Assembly (NCBI GenBank): GCA_016839785.1
Contig: JAEOTQ010000207.1
Location: forward strand, 1 to 28,077
Reading direction: 5' to 3'
DNA from: Candidatus Hodarchaeota archaeon
GTDB lineage: Archaea > Asgardarchaeota > Heimdallarchaeia > Hodarchaeales > Hodarchaeaceae
Length of the DNA stretch: 28,077 nucleotides
The notes beneath the pieces were generated by a model. It was given only the letters and a program-made list of their open reading frames with translations, was not told the origin of the DNA and did no database searches. Each line of letters starts with the position of its first letter. The stretch's first letter is position 1. The position numbers and the translations under genes were made by a program. This document shows, piece by piece, positions 1 to 9,162 of this stretch.

Positions 1-1073
1 ACAATCCCAAACAAAGTATGAATAGAAAAACCTGGAGTTATTTCCGGAGGTCCTGATGAGGATGTCGGATTTGTGATATCGGTGTCAGTTGTGATTTCGG
101 TGTCAGTTGTGATTTCGGTGTCAGTTGTAATGGGAATTTTACCACTAAACCAATCAAGAATATTGTGAGTCATAAGAATATTCTGGAGTTTCGTGTTCTC
201 ACGATATCGTGTCTCAGTCCCAAACATATCTTTGTAATCCGCATACATTGATTCACCAGATACAGTTAATTTATTTTTATTTTCTGTTAAATCCCATTCA
301 ATGGCTACCATTGGAATTGATAAGTTTACACCAATTGCGTAACCTTCCCAATATGAGTCATCATCAAAGTCTTGGTCTGCAACACTACCAGTGGCAGAGG
401 TTTTAATTAACCATTGACAAGTATCAAGCTCATCCCAGTCAGCGAGTACTCCAGTAACATCTTGTGCCATTCCATTCCAACTTGAATAGGGAACGACATT
501 AGTAGGACCGTGCATGGTGATATTTTCGACCCCCTCCATGATCTCTTTTGCAGGAGAATCAATCAGGTTTGGAACATTGGGAACAGGTCTGTAACCCGCA
601 CCATCATTCATTACTGCATCATTTACAGCATCATCTTGAATGAAAATATGACCTTCAATTGCTAGAACAATATGATTGACGCCTAAATGGGTAGAATTAA
701 GGCCCTGAGGGTACCAATATCCACCATAATCTGATTCACCAGCTATCCAAAGGCCTCTGCCTTCTTCTGCAGCGAACCACGTTGCAATTAAGTTAACTTC
801 AGTTGTTTTGACGTAGTCAGGGCCATTAACTATAAGAATGTCAATCCCTTCAAGATCAGCTGCAACTAATCCTTCTTCATTGGTGGTTACTTCGTATCCC
901 CATTCTGTTGCATTACCCTTGAAATACTCTACCTCAACATGATATGCACCATTCGCTGACCAGACTAAGATAGAGGAAGTCGTTTCAGCTTGACTAGAAA
1001 GCAAAGGTGAACTAATAAAACCAATTACTAAAATACAAATTAAATATAATTGAAAATTATCCTTTATTCGCAT
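1..1073 (-). CDS. Secreted/surface protein, probably DUF4350/GldG-like (GIFT) domain, with Thr-rich linker and PGF-CTERM-like tail; 3' end runs off the window
   Basis: Not in the ORF track. Translated by hand from ATG at 1073 with no stop to position 1: MRIKDNFQLYLICILVIGF (signal-like) ... DLEGIDILIVNGP ... GLWIAGESDYGG ... KLTVSGESMYADY ... NILMTHNILDWF, then ITTDTE repeats and ITPGFSIHTLFGIV. The domain name is from motif recall. Confidence 0.85.
   Translation of the reverse strand, partial: MRIKDNFQLYLICILVIGFISSPLLSSQAETTSSILVWSANGAYHVEVEYFKGNATEWGYEVTTNEEGLVAADLEGIDILIVNGPDYVKTTEVNLIATWFAAEEGRGLWIAGESDYGGYWYPQGLNSTHLGVNHIVLAIEGHIFIQDDAVNDAVMNDGAGYRPVPNVPNLIDSPAKEIMEGVENITMHGPTNVVPYSSWNGMAQDVTGVLADWDELDTCQWLIKTSATGSVADQDFDDDSYWEGYAIGVNLSIPMVAIEWDLTENKNKLTVSGESMYADYKDMFGTETRYRENTKLQNILMTHNILDWFSGKIPITTDTEITTDTEITTDTDITNPTSSSGPPEITPGFSIHTLFGI
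71..131. repeat. 18-bp in-frame tandem repeat, about 3.4 copies, encoding an ITTDTE linker
   Basis: ttgtgatatcggtgtcag (71-88), ttgtgatttcggtgtcag (89-106 and 107-124), partial ttgtaat (125-131). Confidence 0.9.
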
Positions 1074-1221
1074 AAGTCTACCCCATCAACAAATTAATGA
1101 TATGCGCAAAGCAGGAATTTTCTAATATTTAGGATTTTGGATGACCCTTTCTTTGTTCATAAAAGGATACTGAGAACAGTACCAATACCATAATTTCTGA
1201 TGAGAACCTAAAAATTCAATT

Positions 1222-2127
1222 TCATGTAATAATCCGTCTACCATTGGAAGTTACAAGAACAGTATGTTCAGCTTGACTAACTAGTCCACCTGTTCTTTCA
1301 ATTAATGGTTTATAACCATGAAACCTATCTTCGCTTAATACTGATCCCAAATCGGATGGAAAATGAATTTTTTCTGCTTTTAAATAATGGGCGGCGCTAC
1401 GAAGAGAGAATGGTACCTCTCCATATCGTTCTACTAATGTTTTTCCTATGGATGATTTAGGATTTCCTCTTGCGGAGAAGATCAGGGGTGGGCGTGGTGC
1501 ATCTTCGACATAGCCTGAATTCATTCCTTTACCATTTGTAGCGAAAGGTTCGATCGCTAAGATCATTCCAGGCTTTAATTTAGCTCTTTTAGCAAATGGC
1601 ATGGATTTTACACTTGGAATAGAAAGTCCTGAATGTAAATGTCCTTTTTCGAGCTCATGGCCGGTTAAATTCGAAATAGGTTTGAATCCCATTGATTCAA
1701 TCGTATCTTGGATTGCAATTCCAATTTCGTTCACCCTCAATCCAGGTTTAATTATTCGAATTGCTGCATCAAGAGCATCTTTTGAGGCTTTGATGAGACG
1801 AGAGTGTTTACCATCAAGACTGAAAGTACGAGCCGTATCAGAAAGCATACCATTGACATTGGCTCCAATATCAACTTTGACAAGAGCTTTTTTAGCTAAT
1901 ACTCGTTTTTCATTGATTGCAGCGGAATCATGAGCTGCACAATTGTCAACCGAAATATTAGGGGGAAACGCGAGATCTGCTTTTTTTGTGATTAATGTCT
2001 CAATCGAGTCATAGAGCTTAGCGATCGGTAATCCTGGCTGGATTATCTTTTCCACTTGATCTAATGTTAAATGAGCTATTTTCCCAGCAAGTTGTAAATC
2101 ATGTAACTCTGTTTTAGACCAAGACAT
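1222..2127 (-). CDS. map: Methionine aminopeptidase, type II (archaeal)
   Basis: Motifs AFP..IS...CAAH, KVDIG...G.LSDTA, NLTGH, AIEPF and QAEHT supply the D,D,H,E,E metal ligands. A type II insertion lies between the two Glu motifs. ATG 2127 (MSWSK) has GGTGGA upstream; the ORF track extends to 2166. Confidence 0.93.
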   Translation of the reverse strand: MSWSKTELHDLQLAGKIAHLTLDQVEKIIQPGLPIAKLYDSIETLITKKADLAFPPNISVDNCAAHDSAAINEKRVLAKKALVKVDIGANVNGMLSDTARTFSLDGKHSRLIKASKDALDAAIRIIKPGLRVNEIGIAIQDTIESMGFKPISNLTGHELEKGHLHSGLSIPSVKSMPFAKRAKLKPGMILAIEPFATNGKGMNSGYVEDAPRPPLIFSARGNPKSSIGKTLVERYGEVPFSLRSAAHYLKAEKIHFPSDLGSVLSEDRFHGYKPLIERTGGLVSQAEHTVLVTSNGRRIIT

Positions 2128-2352
2128 AAGATTTCCACCAGATTTAGACAATGAATAGCTCTTCATACTTCATTCAAAACAACTATGTTCTGATTAAAGA
2201 CGGGATACATGTTTGCTTAAAGAAGTGAAAAGAGGAGAAGAAAGTAACATTCTAACAAAAATCTTGTAGGAAAATTGTTGAAGGAAATCTTTTTACTCCC
2301 AAGAGAATCAGCAATTTCTGATATTTTTCTAAGCCATTCAGAGTTTCCGTTT

Positions 2353-3816
2353 ATGACAAGTGATAACCAACCTTATTCCATTGTAGAGATATCGAAATCC
2401 GCTTTTATTCCCTTAAGACTGATTTTACCGATTACTGCGATTGGTACTTTCATGTCGGCAATGGATGGATCCATTGTTAATGTTTCATTAGTGACCATTG
2501 CAAAAGACTTGGATACAAATATGGAGGGAATACGCTTAATTGTGATTGCTTATTTACTGGTCATTTCCTGCTTCATCGGCATTGCAGGTATGTTAGGAGA
2601 TAATTATGGACGAAAAAAACTGTTTCAAACAGGTATGGGGTTATTCGTATTTGGATCAGTGCTCTGTGTGGTTTCATCTACACTAGAAATGCTTGTTTTT
2701 GCCCGTGTTGTACAGGCTATTGGTGGAGCAGGTCTAACCGCAAATGGACTTGCATTAGTTATTACATATGTTGATCCAACAATTCGTGGACGTGCTATTG
2801 GACTAAACTCGTTAGTAGTAGCATCTGCATTGTCTTCTGGTCCTGTTCTCGGAGGATTTCTTTCACAATTTATTGGATGGACGAGTATATTTCTCATCAA
2901 TATACCAATAGGATTAATTGGAATCTTTCTCGTACATCGTCAAATTCCTGAAACACCCAGAAGACCGAATATAAAAATTGATTATTTAGGGATGATTTTT
3001 TTCATTATTACTGCGTTCTCTTTTGTTGGAGGGGTATTAATCGTCTTTAAAGACACATTAACGGGTGTATTCCTGATAATTATATCTATTATATTCGGGA
3101 CTTTATTCGTTTATTTAGAAATAAGAAATCCTAAACCAATGATTTCTCTAACAATTATGAAGGATAGAACCATCTTGACAGGTATTTTTTCCTCGTTCCT
3201 ATGTTATATGGTCTATTACGGGATGGTCTTTCTATTACCTTTCTTTTATCAAGACGTCCTATTGTTTTCACAATCTCAGACAGGACTTCTTATGATCGTC
3301 CCTCCAGTTGCTATGGCAATTATGGGGCCTATCGCTGGATTATTTGCTGAAAAAATTGATATCCGGAAGCTAGCATCTTTTGGGGCATTATTACTGAGTG
3401 GGTTTGTACTTATACTAGCTCAAACAATTAATCTAGAATTGTACATAATTGTTCCATTAGTAGCATTGTCTGCTGGGGCCTTAACTACGTTTACAGTTTC
3501 TAATGGAACCTCTGTTATGAACGCTGCTCCAAAGAAGGATGTAAGTGTCGTTTCAGGACTAATCGGCCTTTCTCGTAATATTGGTTTTACTTTGGGTACA
3601 ACATTAACGTCAGCGTTCTTCAGCTTGTTCTACTTAATGTATAATCCTGATGACATTACTAGTGGACAGATTTTCACTTCAAGCTATTATCAAAGCATGG
3701 AGCAGACTTATTTGATTTTTGCACTCCTTGCGTTGCTTGGGGCTGGCATCTCACTATTAAGAAAATCTAATGATACAGAAAATGCACATGGTGCAAATGC
3801 TCCCCATTCAGAATGA
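2353..3816 (+). CDS. MFS transporter, DHA2 (EmrB/QacA-like) family
   Basis: MDGSIVNVSL motif D1, GMLGDNYGRKK motif A, RVVQAIGGA, GPVLGG..W..IFLINIPIG, and about 14 hydrophobic segments. The start is uncertain (TTG 2275 or ATG 2353). Confidence 0.9.
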   Translation: MTSDNQPYSIVEISKSAFIPLRLILPITAIGTFMSAMDGSIVNVSLVTIAKDLDTNMEGIRLIVIAYLLVISCFIGIAGMLGDNYGRKKLFQTGMGLFVFGSVLCVVSSTLEMLVFARVVQAIGGAGLTANGLALVITYVDPTIRGRAIGLNSLVVASALSSGPVLGGFLSQFIGWTSIFLINIPIGLIGIFLVHRQIPETPRRPNIKIDYLGMIFFIITAFSFVGGVLIVFKDTLTGVFLIIISIIFGTLFVYLEIRNPKPMISLTIMKDRTILTGIFSSFLCYMVYYGMVFLLPFFYQDVLLFSQSQTGLLMIVPPVAMAIMGPIAGLFAEKIDIRKLASFGALLLSGFVLILAQTINLELYIIVPLVALSAGALTTFTVSNGTSVMNAAPKKDVSVVSGLIGLSRNIGFTLGTTLTSAFFSLFYLMYNPDDITSGQIFTSSYYQSMEQTYLIFALLALLGAGISLLRKSNDTENAHGANAPHSE

Positions 3817-3837
3817 TGAGACAAGTGAATACAACCC

Positions 3838-3879
3838 TTTTTATATAAACACAAGCATATTTCATTTACTCAAAAGGTG
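3838..3879 (+). promoter_or_regulatory. Putative archaeal TATA box and RBS for the 44-aa ORF
   Basis: TTTTTATATAAA at 3838-3849. AGGTG at 3875-3879 lies 8 nt before ATG 3888. Confidence 0.6.
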
Positions 3880-3887
3880 TTTAAATC

Positions 3888-4022
3888 ATGACTTGCCCTC
3901 ACTTTGATACAGACAATAATTTATGTAAGGAACTCGGTCAAAAATTCTATACAGGGATGCAAAAACCATGTTTAGACTTAGATGATCCAGCTCAGTGTCA
4001 GATCCTCCTAATGCGCGGATAA
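3888..4022 (+). CDS. Small four-cysteine protein (44 aa), putative metal or Fe-S binding
   Basis: MTCPHFDTDNNLCKELGQKFYTGMQKPCLDLDDPAQCQILLMRG*, with spacing C-x9-C-x14-C-x8-C. It has a TATA box and RBS, and a T-rich tract downstream. It is below the ORF-track length cutoff. Confidence 0.7.
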   Translation: MTCPHFDTDNNLCKELGQKFYTGMQKPCLDLDDPAQCQILLMRG

Positions 4023-4126
4023 GGTACGTTTTACAAAACCTCCCTGAAAGAATTATTTAAGTAATACATTTTTTCCCCTTTTTCGCACGTCTCTAAAACA
4101 TTTCTTCCTGTAGAAAGGGTTTTCTC

Positions 4127-4954
4127 GTGGAGTACTTAATTTATATAATCTTCTTCTTCTTGAGCATAGGTATAGGGGTTGTAGGAGTTATTGGTGGTTT
4201 TGGGGGTGGAGTTTTCTTATTTCCTATACTAATTTTGGCGGGGTTTCCAATTGAGATAGCTGCAGCAAATTCTTTGATTTCCTTGTTTCTACCATCGGTT
4301 CTAGCTTCCATTCATAATCATAGACGGAACGAAATTAATTATAAGCTTGGAATTGGGTTTGAAATTCCAACTGCAGTAGGAGCAATTATTGGAGCAAATT
4401 TGACCTTATTGCTTCCTTCAACACTTATGTATGCAATTTTTGGATGTATTGCCTTTATTATGGCGTATATGATGATTAAAGATCTCAATGATCAAAATTC
4501 TGGAAAAATAGTCGAGAAATCGATTTTTAAAAGAATAATGGCCTTTGGACCAAAGTTGAAACAAAATGACAAAGAAGCCTCTAGCAATATTGGAATTTTA
4601 ATGTTAGTACTTAGTGGTGTAATCAGTGGAATGCTTGCAGGGATGTTTGGGATAGGTGCGGGATGGATAAAAGCACCTTTGATGATCACAGGTTTTGGAG
4701 TTCCATCTAATATTGCTTCAGCCACAGCTACCTTTATGATTGTCATAACATCAGCCGTCGGTGGATATACTCATTTTCTACATGGAAATTTAAATATTAT
4801 CTTTTTTCCGTTGACCTTAGGACTCATCATTGGGGCAGAGATTGGTTGTAGAATTCGAGACCAAATCCAGACAATTTTGATCACAAAGGTTGTGATAATC
4901 TCACTTGTGATTATAGGGTGTACGATGTTTACCAGAATCATTTTCTCTTTTTGA
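4127..4954 (+). CDS. Sulfite exporter TauE/SafE (TSUP) family membrane protein
   Basis: Duplicated Gly-rich motifs G.GGG.F..P (GVIGGFGGGVFLFP) and GMFGIGAG...P.M, plus A.ATA and about 8 TM segments. Confidence 0.88.
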   Translation: MEYLIYIIFFFLSIGIGVVGVIGGFGGGVFLFPILILAGFPIEIAAANSLISLFLPSVLASIHNHRRNEINYKLGIGFEIPTAVGAIIGANLTLLLPSTLMYAIFGCIAFIMAYMMIKDLNDQNSGKIVEKSIFKRIMAFGPKLKQNDKEASSNIGILMLVLSGVISGMLAGMFGIGAGWIKAPLMITGFGVPSNIASATATFMIVITSAVGGYTHFLHGNLNIIFFPLTLGLIIGAEIGCRIRDQIQTILITKVVIISLVIIGCTMFTRIIFSF

Positions 4955-4990
4955 AACTGAGACTAAATGAATCGATGAATGAATTTGTTT

Positions 4991-6910
4991 CTACTGTGAG
5001 AGAATTTCTTCTTCCAAGAAGAGATTTACAACAAACTCTACATCGGCATATATAACATCGGGATAAGGAATTTGCAATAGGAGAAAGATATCTTCAACAT
5101 TCCTTTTTCCATTTGCCAGGTTTAACAATTCTAAGATTATTCCTCCCCAGTACTTCTGAGAAAGAACCCCAAGTTTCAATTGGTTGGATACAGATCTACT
5201 GGGGGACATTAGACGTTTGAAAGGTAGGGGGCCAACAAAGTTCCGTTTCACAATTCTCTTGTTCACGGAGTTCTCTACATTTTCATTTGCTATCAACTTC
5301 CTGAGGTTTAGATTTAGATGGGTAAAATGTCTTTCAACCATTCCGACAAAGTGAGTTACCTCTTCTTTAAGAGTATCATTTTCATCTAATTCTAAGACAC
5401 TCTTTAACCTGTGAATCGATATTTGCGCAAGTAATTCTCTCTGTCTCATTTGCTGTGAATAAGATAAATTTCCAGAACTATTCCCTCTCTGTTCGAGAGC
5501 TCCAGCTTCATCAATAATACCTGAAAAAACGAACGGGATTATTTCTTGAAGAAATTTAGATTCTGAGGTCGCCAATGCATAAGCAACGACACTTGATATG
5601 ACACCAACGCTTCGACATTCTAGTGGATCAACCTTATCAATACTGTCAGCACTCGAATGATGATAAGGATCTTCATGTCCAAACATCACACTTGGAATGG
5701 AAAAATAATTATCATTAAAAATTAAATGATCGCTTCCACCTGCGAAGGGTTCAAAAATATAATTGAGCTGATATGTCCATCCATTTCGTATAACTTTTTC
5801 TTTTCTAACGAATTCTGAAACGTGTTTTATCATTCCTGGTAGAAATGAAGGAGTGGAGAGGCTAGGAGAACTGATAGTTAAAGGAGTACCTACCGTAATT
5901 GGAGATTCGCCTACCATGTCAAGATTAAGAACAGTAATTATTCGTCTATCTTCAGTCTTTCTTTGTCGATCATACTCCGTTAACCAAGGAATTGTGCCTG
6001 AGAATTCAGGAACCCATAAAAATCGTATTGTTCTTTTTGGATGAGAAATTTGTCCAGTTTCAATCATCCTATGTAAACTCAGAGCAATTTCAAGAAGTGT
6101 AGCACTTCCAGAAGCATTGTCATTCGCTCCAGGAGAGGGATGACAAAGATGTGCAATCAAAACAATCTCTTCAGTTGGTTTTTCTGTCCCAATTAACGAT
6201 GTTTCTAAGACATGTAATCTCCCATTCTCGCCTGAAAAGTCTGCATCGATCTTAAAATGAAGTTTTACCTCTTCTTTTTTTTCTAGATACTGTTGTAATT
6301 CCCTAGCTTGTGCATGACTTAATGAAAATCCTGCAGTAACCTCTGATAAATTTTCTGCAATCGGCCAAAACCCATCATACTGAACTGTTGAATCTCCAAT
6401 TTGAGCAGCCCGATTCAGATTTGGATGTAATAGTATCCCTTGCACATTGTGTTTAGCTGCATAGGAAAAGATTCTACGAGGACTTGCTGTTATTAAAGCA
6501 ATTTTCCCTTCTGCAATAGCATAATCCTTGGGTTTATCTCCTTTACCCACGTCAACTAGAAATCCTTCAAAATCTACTGATTTGGAATGTGTTATTACAC
6601 TCATAGGATGATCAATAAATCTGCATAATCTCTTTTTAACTGGTTCTGTAAGCCAACATTCTCCTGATTTAATGTTCCAAGAAATTGGGGATGTCCACCC
6701 CCAAGAGTTCCATATTCCATCTGCAGGGTAGTCGTGTAGTTCAGAATTAAGGCCTTTAGTATTTAATATAGATTCAATACTCTTAGCAGCATCTAAAAAT
6801 TCTAAAGATCCCTGTATTCGATGATACTGGGAAAGAGATGAAATATTATCCATGATCGATTGGGTAGAAAATTCCTTGGTGAAAATATTGACTAACTGAG
6901 ATAAGTGCAT
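4991..6910 (-). CDS. DUF4910-type, PA-domain M28-like zinc aminopeptidase with C-terminal winged-helix-like domain
   Basis: YHRIQGS N-terminal motif, AHLCHP.PGANDNASG, FLWVPEFSG, NLDMVG, GSDH and YHHSSAD. The C-terminus has LELLNLANGKRNVEDI. Confidence 0.85.
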   Translation of the reverse strand: MHLSQLVNIFTKEFSTQSIMDNISSLSQYHRIQGSLEFLDAAKSIESILNTKGLNSELHDYPADGIWNSWGWTSPISWNIKSGECWLTEPVKKRLCRFIDHPMSVITHSKSVDFEGFLVDVGKGDKPKDYAIAEGKIALITASPRRIFSYAAKHNVQGILLHPNLNRAAQIGDSTVQYDGFWPIAENLSEVTAGFSLSHAQARELQQYLEKKEEVKLHFKIDADFSGENGRLHVLETSLIGTEKPTEEIVLIAHLCHPSPGANDNASGSATLLEIALSLHRMIETGQISHPKRTIRFLWVPEFSGTIPWLTEYDRQRKTEDRRIITVLNLDMVGESPITVGTPLTISSPSLSTPSFLPGMIKHVSEFVRKEKVIRNGWTYQLNYIFEPFAGGSDHLIFNDNYFSIPSVMFGHEDPYHHSSADSIDKVDPLECRSVGVISSVVAYALATSESKFLQEIIPFVFSGIIDEAGALEQRGNSSGNLSYSQQMRQRELLAQISIHRLKSVLELDENDTLKEEVTHFVGMVERHFTHLNLNLRKLIANENVENSVNKRIVKRNFVGPLPFKRLMSPSRSVSNQLKLGVLSQKYWGGIILELLNLANGKRNVEDIFLLLQIPYPDVIYADVEFVVNLFLEEEILSQ

Positions 6911-7030
6911 TACAAACGTCCCATTTTACTTACATTCCACCTTCAGAAATAAGAAGGAGGTGAGTGCTATCAAGCAAACCAGAATTTTAAAAAATTAATT
7001 AGGGAGTAAAAGATATCACCCGTGATTGAA

Positions 7031-8251
7031 ATGAGTAATAGTTATCTACCAATTCCATTGAAGGAAAAGATCCTTCGAGAAAAGCATGACCAATTACCGC
7101 AAATTATGAGAAAATTCAATATAGATTGTTGGTTAATATTTGCTCGAGAAACCTCAACGACGCCTGACTCTGCAATGAATTTTGTTGTCGGTTCAGACGT
7201 AGTAGCACAATCTGCATTTATTTTTTTTATAAAAAAAGATGAAATACGTAAAATAGCGATTGTAGGCAATTTTGATGCAGAAACTGAACGAAATAAGGGG
7301 ATTTGGGATGAAGTAATTGCTTATGATTTGGGAATAGAAGCAGCACTCCTAGCAACTATTCAAGCTCTAAATCCAGAGAAAATCGCATTAAACTATTCTC
7401 TGGATGATTATTCTAGTGATGGGCTAACGCATGGAATGTTCTTAGTGCTTGAAAATATTTTGTCAGAGTTCCAAGATCGCTTTGTAAGTGCCCAACCCAT
7501 TGTGAATGTAATTCGTAGTAATAAGTCAGAAACCGAAATTGGATTGATTAAAGAAGCATGTCAACTTACTGAGGAAATAAATGAGAAAATATCTACAACA
7601 TTAGACATCGGACAAAGTGAAACTGACATACAAGCGAGATTTCATGAAGAAATCCATAATAGAGGATTTGGCTTTTCTTGGCAACGAGAACAGAATCCTG
7701 CGATAGATGCAGGGAAGGATAAAGACTTCGGCCATGTGCTACCTCAGGAAGATAATTTTACAGTAGAAGGACAGACCCTCCATAATGATTTTGGCATTAA
7801 ATACCATGGATACTGTTCGGATTTACAACGAATGTGGTTTTTTGGAAAGAAGACTGATTTACCTGAGGAGTTAAAACACGCAATGGATACCGTATTGGAG
7901 GCTATTCGACGAGCTGCAAAGAGAATTCGTCCAGGAATACAGGGATACAAAATAGATAAGATAGCACGAGAATACATTATTTCTTGTGGTTATGAGGAGT
8001 ATAAACACGGTCTAGGCCATCAAGTGGGTATTATGGCCCACGATGGAGGCTGTATGTTAGGGCCATTATGGCCCCGTTACGGGAATGGGCCAAAACAAGT
8101 GATAGAAGAAGGGCAAGTCTTTACCATTGAACCAAATGTTAAAACTAAGAACCATGGGATGGTATCCATGGAAGAAATGGTTGTTGTTACCTCCACTGGT
8201 TGTGAATTTTTAGTTAAACCTCGAAAAGATTTTATCTATATCCATGAATAA
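7031..8251 (+). CDS. M24 family Xaa-Pro aminopeptidase/dipeptidase
   Basis: KS..EI..IKEAC, DFG...HGYCSDLQR, HGLGH.VG..AHD, FTIEP and SMEE.VVVT. There is an alternative GTG start at 7022. Confidence 0.9.
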   Translation: MSNSYLPIPLKEKILREKHDQLPQIMRKFNIDCWLIFARETSTTPDSAMNFVVGSDVVAQSAFIFFIKKDEIRKIAIVGNFDAETERNKGIWDEVIAYDLGIEAALLATIQALNPEKIALNYSLDDYSSDGLTHGMFLVLENILSEFQDRFVSAQPIVNVIRSNKSETEIGLIKEACQLTEEINEKISTTLDIGQSETDIQARFHEEIHNRGFGFSWQREQNPAIDAGKDKDFGHVLPQEDNFTVEGQTLHNDFGIKYHGYCSDLQRMWFFGKKTDLPEELKHAMDTVLEAIRRAAKRIRPGIQGYKIDKIAREYIISCGYEEYKHGLGHQVGIMAHDGGCMLGPLWPRYGNGPKQVIEEGQVFTIEPNVKTKNHGMVSMEEMVVVTSTGCEFLVKPRKDFIYIHE

Positions 8252-8277
8252 ACTATTTTAAAAAAAGAGGAAGCCTC

Positions 8278-9135
8278 ATGGACTTTGAAAGCTTGGAATT
8301 AACTGATGAGGTACGAGCTACATTACCTGGAAGTTTTATTCAGACTTCTGATGGGTATGTGCACTACCAGTTGAAGGGAGAAGGCGAATGTGTAGTATTC
8401 GTACATGGAATAACAACCCCATCATTTGTCTGGGATCCAATATTTGATGAACTGGCGAGTCATAATTTTTCCGTTCTAAGATATGATTTATTTGGTCGGG
8501 GGTACTCTGACCGCATCAGGGGAAGATTTGATGTCGATCTTTATGATCGACAATTGTTAGAGCTTTTAACAAAACTAGGATTAAACAAGAAAAAACTAAC
8601 TTTGGTGGGTTTATCCTTAGGAGGAGCCATCTGTGCGAATTTTGCAGTTCGTCATAGTGAACTGATAAAGAGTATTTGTTTAATAGATCCAGTTCACCCT
8701 TCAAAACTTCCTCGTGCAATGAAACTTTTGCAGGTTCCAGGTCTGAACAAGATAATAGTCAAATTTTTTGGACGTAACATTTTATTTTCAAATATGTCTG
8801 GAAATTTCCACAACTATGAAAAATTTCCCCAATTTAAAGATAAATTTATGGCGCAACTGAAATTTAAGGGGTACTCAAGGTCTGTTATATCTACAATGGT
8901 TCAATACAAATTTGATAATTTAGATCGAATTTATACCTCGATTGGGAAGTTAGACGTACCAATCTGTTTATTTTGGGGAGAAGAAGATACTATTGTCCCT
9001 TATGAGGTTAATGAAAAATTGAGAACAGCCATTCCCCATGTCATTTTTCATTCCATAAAGGAAGCAGGTCACTTATCTCATTATGAAAAACCCGAAATTG
9101 TCACTCCCCTACTATTAGCCTTTTTAGAAAAGTAA
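8278..9135 (+). CDS. Alpha/beta fold hydrolase
   Basis: FVHG oxyanion motif, YDLFGRGYSD, nucleophile elbow GLSLGG, acid WGEED and His in EAGHLSH. It lies 26 nt after the M24 gene on the same strand. Confidence 0.9.
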   Translation: MDFESLELTDEVRATLPGSFIQTSDGYVHYQLKGEGECVVFVHGITTPSFVWDPIFDELASHNFSVLRYDLFGRGYSDRIRGRFDVDLYDRQLLELLTKLGLNKKKLTLVGLSLGGAICANFAVRHSELIKSICLIDPVHPSKLPRAMKLLQVPGLNKIIVKFFGRNILFSNMSGNFHNYEKFPQFKDKFMAQLKFKGYSRSVISTMVQYKFDNLDRIYTSIGKLDVPICLFWGEEDTIVPYEVNEKLRTAIPHVIFHSIKEAGHLSHYEKPEIVTPLLLAFLEK

Positions 9136-9162
9136 AAAGACAGAAGATATAGTATTACGGGT

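Noticed and set aside
209-406. 65-aa + strand ORF
   Set aside because: It is an antisense shadow of the 1..1073 minus-strand gene.
6910-6963. Mini uORF MGRL* overlapping the DUF4910 ATG (TAATG), and a strong GGAGGTGA on the + strand
   Set aside because: Too short to separate from chance, and the GGAGGTGA has no properly spaced start codon for a real gene.
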